Shown here: one piece after another, positions 53,950-64,000 of the stretch
How the letters are laid out: every line of letters begins with the position of its first letter
Numbering within the stretch: position 1 is the first letter of the stretch
NCBI GenBank assembly: GCA_028534125.1
Contig: CM052817.1
Coordinates: 28,460,001-28,524,000 of the forward strand
Reading direction: 5' to 3'
DNA from: Lama glama
Lineage: Eukaryota
Length of the DNA stretch: 64,000 bases
The notes under the pieces: generated by a model
What the model was told of the DNA's origin: nothing
Database searches by the model: none
What the model saw: only the letters and a program-made list of their open reading frames with translations
Translations under genes and position numbers: made by a program

Positions 53950-54100
53950 CTGGTGTAGTTTCAAGCATGGCACCCAGAAATAGGAGACGTGAGTTCTAGT
54001 TATGGCTCCTGAATCAACTAATTGACCTTAGAAAAGCTACTGAACTTCTCTGAGTTCTCTTACTGTTGTAAAAAGCAAGTGAGAAGATAATACCTCAGTC
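53950..54100 (+). mobile_element. MIR-family SINE
   Basis: 'gagacgtgagttctagttatggctc...gaccttagaaaagctactgaacttctctgag'. Confidence 0.55.
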
Positions 54101-54234
54101 ATGGCAGGGAAGTGGAAATAATCTCTTCAGGTTAAAGGCACATGTTTTAGCGGTAAAAACTTCCATTCTAGGTTTCTTGAAGATAGTAGATAATGAAATC
54201 TCAATAATAATTATAGTTTATTCTCTATAACAAG

Positions 54235-54462
54235 AAGAATTAACATTCATCAAGTTCCTATATTATTCAAGAAACATAATACTCTATGTGTCATTTCATT
54301 TAATTTTTACAAAAACCCCTGAGACATAATATTATCATTTTACACTAAGCAACTGCATTTCAAAGGTTAAATACCAACATCGAAGTCATAGACTCATGCT
54401 ACATTTGAGATTTAAACCCATTATGGTTTTAAAGTCTGTGTCTTTAACCATCATGCTACACA
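54235..54462 (-). mobile_element. MIR SINE
   Basis: 'tcatttcatttaatttttacaaaaacccctgag...ttgagatttaaaccca...tctttaaccatcatgctaca'. Confidence 0.6.
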
Positions 54463-54732
54463 TCCTTCTCAATATATTTTTTGTTATCAATAAAAAATGT
54501 CAGTTTGAGTCTGTTAAAATAAGTGGTAATAGAAGATATATATGTATATTCTGGCAGAAAGAACTTAGCCAATGTTCACAAGATGCAACAATTGTGTCTC
54601 ACTTAGTAATAGTTTTCTGTCTTTACCCTGTGCCCAGAATACAGAATACGGCTCTTGGACTGGAAACATGATTATAAGACACAGCTATGCGATTTGACAC
54701 AATCAACCTGTACCTTCACTCACCTCACTTGC

Positions 54733-54740
54733 TGACGTCA
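54733..54740. promoter_or_regulatory. Perfect palindromic CRE (TGACGTCA)
   Basis: Exact motif in unique sequence. Function is unproven. Confidence 0.35.
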
Positions 54741-55629
54741 CTGCCAAGATGTTCACTTCAGTTATTAGAAAAGATAACATTAGAGGACCGTTCAGGGAAA
54801 GGGCCAAAGTCAGCGTAGGCCTGACATTGTTCTAGGCTGAGAGTCTTGCCTCTAGGAATGTTTTGTAGATACAGATCTACCACTCTGTGAATTAAAAACA
54901 CTTGTAGTTTCCTTCATAACACAGGCCTGATGATTTTTTTCCCTCTTCTTTATTCCTTAATTAGAAGGAGAATTAAATTGGAAGCATCCTCTGAGGCCGA
55001 TGGCAGATGCCACTTTCCCATAGCTGTGACAGTATCTCTCATCCCTCACGCTTCTCTGCAATCTTGTCTCTTTGCAAAATACAGAAGCTGAGAACCTAGG
55101 CAGAAAATCATGGCATATGTTACATGTTAGATGTCTGAGCCGTTGGGTGAGGCTAAAGTGGTTCACACCTTATTTTCCCCTTGACATTCTGAGACCTGAT
55201 TCTACCTTTAAAAACATTTTCGTTTAGAGCAAGCAAAGCCACCACAGAGAATCGGCTGCAGCCAAGATTTGGTCTAAGAAGGGTCTTAAAAATTCCTCAC
55301 CTCCCACATCCAGCTGGTGCAAGAACAAGGACATTTTCTACTTCGGAAACAGGAGCAGGAGTTAAGCAGGAGGAGCAATGGTGCCATTTCTGTCTCTTTT
55401 TTTGCCCACAAGCTAAACATCGTGGTCTCTTTCTCTCTCTCTCTGTTTTTTTTTTTTTTTTGATGTCTGTGGTTTAAAACATAAATGTTTCATTTGGTTA
55501 AACTACGTAGATGAGATTGAAAAACAAAGATACTTGAAAATTACGTAAATTAACTCAGGAATCATTCAGCCAGAGATGCGTAGGTGTTGCTTGCTACTGT
55601 CCTGTTTTGTTCTGTTGGAAATGTATCAA

Positions 55630-56645
55630 GTATCTAGTAAGTATCTTTGGGGCACATCTGTTAGCCAAGCACTGTGTCAGATGGCCATAAGTCAGGAAGG
55701 TCTGACTCTGTGCTCATGTGTCTGACATTTTAGTAGAGAAAATAAGCACACAATTAAATTAAAATCATAATTCGGGAGAAAAGAACTGGGTCCTATTGGG
55801 GTGTATGACAGGGGCTCATAATCTAAACTGGAGTTTGGAGGAATTTTTTTTTATGGTAGTAACTTATAATCAGGGACAAGAAGGGTGAATAGGTGAGTAG
55901 GTGCTGACAGGGTCAAGCTGAGAAATTTCCAGTGAGACAGGAATCCACGTATTAAGGTGTCTCAATGGAAGGAAGCTGAGGAACTGACGATTATCCAGGA
56001 GGGCTATGAGATAGGAGGCCGCAGGGAAAGCTGGGAAATAATGCTGGGCAGAGAGGAAGGACCAGGTCGTGCAGAGATATTTCGTCTACTAACGTTAAGA
56101 GTCCTGCACTTAATCTAAAAATTGTGGAGAAGCCACTAAAAGGCTTTAAACAGAATATTAAAACCAGGTTTGGCACTTGTTTGCTTGTTTGCTTTGTTTT
56201 TCAGAGATCAGTTCAGCTGCTCTACAGGGCGTAGATTTTAAAAGAGACAAGAGATATTGCTCCAAAAGCACTTACAGGAGGTTCTCCACATTAAGTGGGA
56301 AGAGGCGATGGTGGCTTCCATTGGAATGCAGACAAGATGAGAGACGCTAAAGGATGTGTAGGGTAGAGAATTCAAGACCTGGTGATGGGTTGGATGAGGG
56401 AAGCGACAGGGACTGCAGCATCATGGGTGAATTCCAGGTTCTTTTCTTGGATGTTGGTGCCTTTTATGAGACCAAGTATCAAGGATTTTTCTGTGTTATT
56501 GAGTTAGAGATACTTGTGAGACATTCAAGTAGGGATGATAATTAATAAGTAGGTGGGGGATATAAATTCAATGACCACCAGTTTGATATCTTATACCAAA
56601 GAAGAGGCTGGACATGAAAAATGAGATTTGAAGACAGTTTAAACC
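55630..56645 (-). mobile_element. L2 LINE 3' region
   Basis: 'gggcacatctgttagccaagcactgtg...gtggagaagccactaaaaggctttaaacag...tgagttagagatacttgtgagacattcaagtaggga'. Confidence 0.75.
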
Positions 56646-56719
56646 AAATCTGTGAAATACTAAGACTGAAAGATTGGCTTGAAGATGACAATGATGGATT
56701 AATTCCTACTAAGTTAGAG

Positions 56720-56972
56720 TGTACAGTACAGTGTTTAGGAGCACATAATCGAGAACCAGATTATTTGGGTTTGAATTGTTGAGCTAACACTTACTTTATA
56801 TAACTGGTAAAATACTTGACTCCTTGCGGCCACCATATCCATATCTTCATTTGTAAAATGAGGTTAATAACAGTGTCTACTTTCTGGGGATTTTATTAAT
56901 AATGTATTGCCTTTATATGTTTACACAGTAACTGGCACGTGGTAATCACTTAATACATGATAATTATTATTG
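56720..56972 (+). mobile_element. MIR SINE
   Basis: 'tacagtacagtgtttaggagcac...cttcatttgtaaaatgaggttaataacagtgtctac...ctggcacgtggtaatcacttaata'. Confidence 0.75.
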
Positions 56973-57004
56973 GGATAGCTTTAACTATTTAAAGAAGTGA
57001 TTTG

Positions 57005-57135
57005 TCCATTCATTTATTGAACAAGCACTAAGTGAGTGCTGACTGTATCAGGGCCTGGGCTGAGCGCTGGGGACAGAGGGTTCACCCAGACAAGTACGTC
57101 CTTGTGTTCCTGGAGCTCATGAGCTATTTGAAGAA
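57005..57135 (-). mobile_element. L2 3' terminal fragment
   Basis: 'cattcatttattgaacaagcactaagtgagtgctgactgtatcagggcctgggctgagcgctggggacag'. Confidence 0.7.
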
Positions 57136-58329
57136 AAAGTTATTCAATGTTCAATTTTGCCTTTATTAATATTAAGAAGGCAAATGGCAAATCTTGCCTT
57201 TGAGACTTAAAAAAAAACAGTAATGCTTCCCTCTAAAATCCAATTTACTGTCAGTGAAGAATGCTAACATTGAAGAACATACAGCTCAGGATTACCCACA
57301 ACTTTATGTCACTATTCTTATTTAACAAAATAAGCTCAACAGGCCCACAGCAAACTTCCAGGCAGGCTAGTCTTAAGGGCCTTTGTCACCAGACCAGATC
57401 CTAAAAGTCTGCCGTTCTTGGTCATTTGCATCTGTTGAATCTTCGTATTGCTTCAGTAGAGTTATGCGATATTGTGATCGATGTCAGTCAGCAGAAATTA
57501 GGGATAGGCCTGCCTCCCTCCGTTTAAATGCTGGATGATCCTTGTGGTCTTTATTGATTATCCAAGGTCGTTTGTTTGCCGTGGTCTCTTAAACGTAAAC
57601 TCTGCTCTCTTGTTGAATGTTTCTTGGTATAGTGTAAACACCTTCTCTTTAGAAATGCTTTTTAAAAATGCTAACAATTTACATGTAGTGTAGCCTTTTA
57701 AATTTCAAAATGGGCCTTTCCAACTTGACCAGACCCCAAAGAATAAAGGACTTGTTATTTGAAACCCAAGATTTACAGTAATAATGAGCGATCTGCTTGA
57801 TCTCACCTTGAATAATGAAGCCAAACGTGTACATCCATAATGATGAGTGATGACACTCCATCACCTGAGCTAATTCCTATAGGAGAGCCATGGCTGTGTT
57901 AAACTGTTAACCTTCTAGTGGGAGCAAATGGGGCATCATTCTTACCTCCTCAATTAAGATGTGCATTTCCCTCCAGTGTTGAGAAGGGTATCACAACATG
58001 ATTTTGATACAGACATAATAGGAAAATAAAGAAGATGGTCTGCATTCCCATTTGTATCTGTGGTCATTTCTCTTCTTCTGATGCCACTCATTCAGGTAAC
58101 TTTACACCTGTACAACTTTGCGCAACTGTAGCTGGAGGGCAACGAGGAACCCAAACTTGAGTGTTTTTCAAAACAGTCTTGACTTGGAAAAGGAACTAAA
58201 CTCTTGAAGCTTGTTCTGGGCTGAACAAAAAAGTCTCCTCTGCCTCAATGAAATTTTTTTTCACAATGTTACATTGGTTTGCAGATTTGTTTTTATTGTA
58301 TGATATATCCTTATTAAAGGCTAATGAAA

Positions 58330-58368
58330 TCAACACACTGTAACTGACTATACTTCAATTAAAAAAAA
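58330..58368 (+). mobile_element. Extremely 5'-truncated L1 insertion (39 bp) with TSD
   Basis: tcaacacactgtaactgactatacttcaatt plus A8, flanked by gctaatgaaa at 58320-29 and 58369-78. It matches the L1 terminus at ~11685-11726. Confidence 0.85.
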
Positions 58369-58439
58369 GCTAATGAAAACATCATAGGTTTCACTAAACT
58401 AAGCGACTATTATGTGCCAGTCACTTGTGCTAAGGAGAT

Positions 58440-58440
<1 letters not shown>

Positions 58441-58488
<48 letters not shown>
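58441..58488. repeat. (CTAT)12 perfect tetranucleotide microsatellite
   Basis: Read directly. Confidence 0.97.
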
Positions 58489-58644
58489 GTATATATTCAC
58501 CACATTTAAACTGTTGGAACATAACCCTCTTGAGGGAAGTGAAATTTATCTGTTTTGCTCATTTCTGCCTCCCTAGGGCTCATGGTCGCCCTTGAGTCAG
58601 TTGGCATGCAATAATATCTCCTGACCGTATAAAATGAAACCAAA

Positions 58645-58805
58645 CAAAACCACTATGTATGAGGCACTACCTGCCCTACTTGACTTATGGAGAAACTGAG
58701 GCTTAACAAGTGTTAGCAGATTGCTGACAGCCTTATAGCTGGTGACAAACCTCAGAGTCACCTAGTCTTCAAATTCCCAAGCCCAAGTCTTATTTTTTGC
58801 CTCCA
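58645..58805 (-). mobile_element. MIR SINE
   Basis: 'cttatggagaaactgaggcttaac...gattgctgacagccttatagctgg'. Confidence 0.6.
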
Positions 58806-58936
58806 GTGTCCAACATGTAGCACACTGAATATTTTCAAGTCCTGAAAACGTCTTTAGAATAACTGTATGTTCACATGTGTTTCATTCTGTATCTTAATTT
58901 TGCCATGCAATGACCAATCATAAAATGGAGATTTAA

Positions 58937-59020
58937 ATGTGTATGTACATATATGTGTGCATATATATCTGTGTATATATGTGTGTATGTATATATATGT
59001 GTATGTATATATCTATATAT
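58937..59020. repeat. Compound (TA/TG)n low-complexity repeat
   Basis: Read directly. Confidence 0.85.
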
Positions 59021-60199
59021 CTTATGGACCTGAAGCATTCTCTGTCATTACTTTGAGGACATTATATTGTCAGTGATCATTCACTTTGAAACTCTGAATG
59101 CCTGATGTTTCCCTGAATTGGTATGTGTACATTTTAATTGAGGAGAGAGATCTTTTTTTAAAGAAAAGATCTTTTCCTTAGACTTTATATTCTCTCTTCT
59201 ACTTACCTCTCCAAAGAAACCCAAACAGTGATATGTAGCATATCAAAACCCATACTTTCGTCAGTACCCAAGTCCATCTTCCCAAGAAAAGCCATACATC
59301 ACCTACGTAAGGTCATCATTCTGACAAATGGCTTAACCAACACGAAATACTATAGGGGACGTCTTCTCACTTCAGTTACAGACACATAAACCAGTATGTT
59401 CAGCATGTGTTTCTCTCCCTCTCTCTCTCCCTCTCCCACTCACACACACACCTATTATTAGGGCAGTTATATACTGCTTTTGTTTATAGAGGTGCTGGAA
59501 AATCTAACAGATTTTTTTTTCCTGCAGAGTGTTTATTTTTTAAAATGCACCACTACTTTTAGGGATCCTAAGTTCAGTTTTGCTTTGTCTTGTTTTTGTC
59601 TTCCTAAAGTTACCGGCAGAACATAGTGTTTGCTAAAATGATTCTACTCCCAAATGAAGAGAGATTGAGCATTATGGAAAGATGATATTTTGCACATCCA
59701 TCAATCACAAACTCTCCTTCAACTTGAAAGTTTCACAGTATGTAATCTCAATAGAGCAGTGTTACTGAGGCATGCAGTTTTGTGACTTTTAAATTGAAAA
59801 AGACACTAGACACTCTAAGCTGAAATATAATTTCAGTGTTTCTCTGGAATAAATGAGCACTTCAACGGCTCAAAGATAGTGTTTCCTCTGCCCTTCCTTT
59901 GAAAGCTATATGGTATATGTCCAGTGCATTTATCAAAGACAAACACATAAAATCTCTGACTCCCAACATTCAACAGAAGGCACATTGAGAGAAAGAGTAA
60001 TCCTGAGCATTGCCTGACATCTTGACCATCCACTGCTACTCCTGAGTGCTCATAAGGTGTCCGCAAATTATACCCAACACCCACCCACTAAATAGCCAGA
60101 CCAGATGATTTTGAACCTTCCAATTTCAAGAATCACTTTTAATAAACTGTGCTTTTGCCTCTAGTTGGTTTATCTCTGGAGCATTTTCAGCACCATTTT

Positions 60200-60510
60200 C
60201 TTTTCCCTTCTGTACACTGTACATTAATCTTTAAGGAGCCTAAAGTCCTTTCACAATTCTTGACTTTCTAGGTTGTCCTGGGCATCAAGATGTAGCTAAC
60301 AGATTGGGGCAAGTGGAACACGAAAGATGAGAAGGGAGGCTATGAGGGGTCAGGCTTGAGTTGCCATACCTCATGCCTCCTCACATTTTATTGGTCAAAT
60401 CTTATTCCTACATTCACATCTTACTTCAAGAGCAGCTGAGAAACATAGTTAGCTGTGTACCCCATGAGTAAGGAGAAAAGTGAAATGAGTTTGATAACTA
60501 GCCACTCTCT
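60200..60510 (-). mobile_element. Old MaLR (MLT1J/K-like) LTR remnant
   Basis: 'ctcacattttattggtcaaa...cttacttcaagagcagctgagaaacatagttagctgtgtaccca'. Confidence 0.45.
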
Positions 60511-63500
60511 CTTCATCTCTTGAAAATGGACAGGAATATACAGCAAGATTTTGTCTTCCTTTTTGCAGTCAAACATTTTTAAAATTTTCCCTAATTTTAT
60601 CTTTTGCTTTTATTTCACCTTGTTGTATTATATGTGTTTTAAGCAGTTTTAATTTTTTCAGTATGGTCTAATATGAATCAGTCCTCAAATTGTGTAGTCT
60701 AAGAGGTAAGAATAGTACTTATTTCATTTGGATTTCTGTGAAAATTCATTGCATTATTACATATATGGTACAAAAAATAGTGCCTAATACTTAGAACATG
60801 AAGAAAATGATGGCTCTCTTAATTTTGTTATTATTATTTGCAGCAGAATAAAAAAGAAATAAGAATGACTGCTTAGAAGGGAAACAGCTTTTTCCTCAAG
60901 TTAAGTTCTAAGACATATGTTGCCATTAGGTCCTCATAAAGTATGCATGATATTCTTGACAACAACAGGTGTGAATAGTGTCCTTACACGTACTGCCCTT
61001 CATTTTAGTCAAAGATACAAACCTAAAGCCCATTTCACTGGAAGTAGTATTAATTATGGACCAAAAAATGAGGCTCAGATTCTTCTTACTCTAGTTTGAT
61101 CTTAAGATGAAATTTTGGATACTTACAAAAATAAATTCCTCCAAGCATTATGCCATTAAATCAACTCTCGTAACTAGAATTTTGACGTGTTAAGCAACCA
61201 AGAGTTCAAAGTTTTATTTTCTTATAAGAATGTGGACTTCACACATTCCATCTTACTACTTCAAGACAAAATTATACTCTCCATAATCAAACAAGAACAG
61301 ATTATTTGAACATATACAGAAGATTATTTCATAGTTCCTCATTGATTAGTTTTAATCATGTTTCCTAGGACACCAATACTATCAAACTTGAGAACATTTG
61401 TGCTTTGTATTAGGGATAGGGCAACAAGAAACATAATACACGCTTTGTAAAGGTTTCATTCAAATTAACTTTCAGTCCTTGACACATAGTATTTAAATTC
61501 AAGATTAATTTAAAAAATCAACTAGCAAGGGAAAATCAATTTGTATCTAAGTTATGTATGGCTTTCTTAGCAATAGAATTTGATTTACAGCACTGTGTCA
61601 TCAACATGCTACAACTTTCCTCGTGGCTATTTCTATTTTAAGGAAGATTTAAAAAAAAATCTTGAAGTCACTTTATGGAGTAGAGGAAGAAAAGAGAAAT
61701 AAATCTCCCACATAGATTCCTTGTGAAGGAAATGAGAATAATACAGTTAATACACTTAAAATGAAGACTCAGCCAAAGTGATAGCTGGAGTTATTCCTTT
61801 AAGAATGAGGAAATTGGTAAGTGTTTGGTGAAATGGAATATCAAAGGATGGGACTCATACACATTTAGAACCTTTGTTAAAGCGATAGTAATTTAAATGA
61901 GAGGCTTGAAAGTCCATTGCATTTCAGACTCTACTGACTGCTATTTCTTATAAGTAATCATGATTCTGTCAAAGTTATTATTCAGGAATTCATGTGAAAA
62001 GTTGAGTTAGATGCACCCAAATCAGGGCCTTCCATTTAGGGGAACTCAGGCATACATGTACACCTTTGAGAAGAAATTCTAGGTCTTCTGACTTTTATAT
62101 TCTTCAGAGTTGTTCAACTCAATTGCCATGAACCCTTGTTGAATAAGATCTAAGTAACTGAATTATATTTTGCTCTGGTTTAGTCTAAATAATGCCAAAT
62201 ATGTCCAATAATGTTATCAAACATGTGCTCATTCATCTCATTAAAACAACAAAAAAAACAAACAAGCAAAAACGCCAGAAGACCCATATCAGTCTAATTA
62301 GATATTTCAGAATAGACACACATGCACTTTTGTATCACATTTTTAAAAGAGGCTAATGTAAACAAGGAAAAACAGAGAATAGCATGGCAATTTCACAGTC
62401 CAATTTAGAATCAAGATCAAGAAAAACTAAGGCGTTAAGCTTACACTATTTATAAAATAAACTAATGATGATGAATGTTACAACGATTGTCATGAGACTA
62501 ATCCAAATGCTTAAATTCTTATTCTTCCAGAGACAATGATCTGAATCTAATAATCTATTTCCTAAACATGTGCGGGAATCCTATCAGCGTATAAACATAC
62601 CTCAAACCTGACTGCCTGTGTATGTGCTAAGAATAAAATGCAGTCTGCATCGTAGTGTTTTCTGCCTACTGCTATCTGATGTTGTATCCACACCATGCAT
62701 TATTGTCTCGAGAGTTACAGATCATTATCATCCCGTGAATCTGGGGGAGTTGTTAATCTTTGATTCCCTCTTAGTCTACTTAGTGTTGGACCTACCACTG
62801 AATGAAAATTACCTTTTCTATAGCAACCTCTTAATCTCCTCTTTTGGCAGCCGTTTATTGAGCTAGAACAGAGATGTGCACTTCTGCATTAATAATACAC
62901 CCCTGCTTCATCTATTGCAGGACTTTTATTTTAAACAAACAAGCATCATGACCTAAATTTTTCTGGTCTGAGTGTAAAGAACAGAATCCATGTTTATAGG
63001 AGGCAGTGCAGATGAAGCACTAAGACCACATCCGAGTTTTTTATTAGTGGTTTAAATCACACTATCAGTACATCTTGGTAACTGAACATTGCTCTTCTAT
63101 GAGTCTTCTTTACTCTTTTCTCATTCAAATAATAAACAGTAAAATCAGAAATACTCCACATGCCAGTTTTCTACTTTACAATTGCATTCTGAATTTCTCC
63201 ATTGTATATTTTTAACACATAAATGGGGGAAATAGCAAGAGGACATTCGCAGAAACAATTCAAAATTTATTCATCACCCACTATTTGTGGAATTCCCTAG
63301 GCATTGATAACTAAACCTCATCATAGTCTAATAAAATTTTTTTTTTACATTTTAAAGATGAATTTATAAAGTAAAGAAAGGTGGAATATGGGCATGAGCC
63401 CATATAAGTAACAAATTTAAAACCAAAGGTTTTATCATCACAAAAATGGCACAACCAACCAAGGCCATTACCAACGTAGATGGGGGACACAGGTAGAGAG

Positions 63501-63607
63501 AACAGTCGTCCCTCCTGGATACAGTCTTCAAAGCAGCGTCTGTCTGATGCCCATTACAACTTTGTTAGAAATTCTTTACGAATATAAAACAAATTTGAGC
63601 TTAACTG

Positions 63608-64000
63608 TGTGTTGTCAGTTATCTGTTGGCATCTCAGCATCGTTTCCACTATATTCTCTGCACTCCTCTGCATTATAAGGACTAGATATTTGGGAACTAC
63701 ATTTTGACACTTTCTTGCAGAAAGATGCCTACTTACGTTGGAGCAAGAGAGGACTCAGGTGACATATGAAAGGAGGAAGGAGAGCAGGCATCATTCTTCA
63801 AGCAGCAGCAGGCAATACACGGACTCCAGAAGACACGTGATTTTGCAGCCATCTAAGGCATTCTCCTAGGAACCTCCCTGCTTAGGTGTGTAGGCTGTAG
63901 AGCTGTTCGAAAATACCTACCGTTTTCTGATTCCTTGAAAACCAGCAGCAAACTTAAAGGCTAGCTGCAGAGTTTCCCATTTTCCCAATAATTTTGTAAG
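63608..64000 (+). mobile_element. LTR33-like (ERVL) LTR, runs off the window end
   Basis: 'tcagttatctgttggcatctcagcatc...gggaactacattttgacactttcttgc...gaaaggaggaagg...ccaataattttgtaag'. Confidence 0.55.

Noticed and set aside
57156..57184. Short inverted repeat tttgcctt...aaggcaaa
   Set aside because: The stem is too short and AT-rich to support a miRNA or structured-RNA call.
61804..62975. Further exon-like signals (TTG|GTAAGT at 61816/17; ttgcag|GACTTT at 62920/21)
   Set aside because: Each has only one good splice site or a very short frame, so they cannot be distinguished from chance.
1..64000. tRNA/rRNA genes, CRISPR arrays, CpG-island promoter, intact long ORF
   Set aside because: None seen; the window is eukaryotic intronic or intergenic DNA.

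Overview
This is AT-rich, CpG-poor mammalian (eutherian) genomic DNA, most likely cetartiodactyl. A camelid-type L1 3' end occurs twice, and I recognised no Alu, B1, SINEC, PRE-1, Bov-A/BovB or ERE elements. The window looks like the interior of a very large intron or an intergenic region. It is dominated by interspersed repeats: L1 of several ages, L2, MIR, solo LTRs (MaLR, ERVL, ERV1), hAT-Charlie elements and a near full-length Tigger1. None of the supplied ORFs is a credible intact gene; several are fragments of L1 ORF2 or Tigger1 transposase. Three non-repeat signals stand out. (1) Two small + strand candidate coding exons (13446-13482 and 53822-53870) have compatible splice phases and join into an open peptide, GETINYCFEQFYREPDRTRDAMEKKKLEK, from a gene I could not identify. 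(2) An intronless, decayed ~1 kb coding-like segment lies on the - strand (32856-33863) and is missed by the ORF track; it is either a processed pseudogene or, much more speculatively, an endogenous viral element. (3) A 39-bp L1 3'-end micro-insertion has a clear target-site duplication (TSD). All repeat family names come from recalled consensus sequences, not from a database search.
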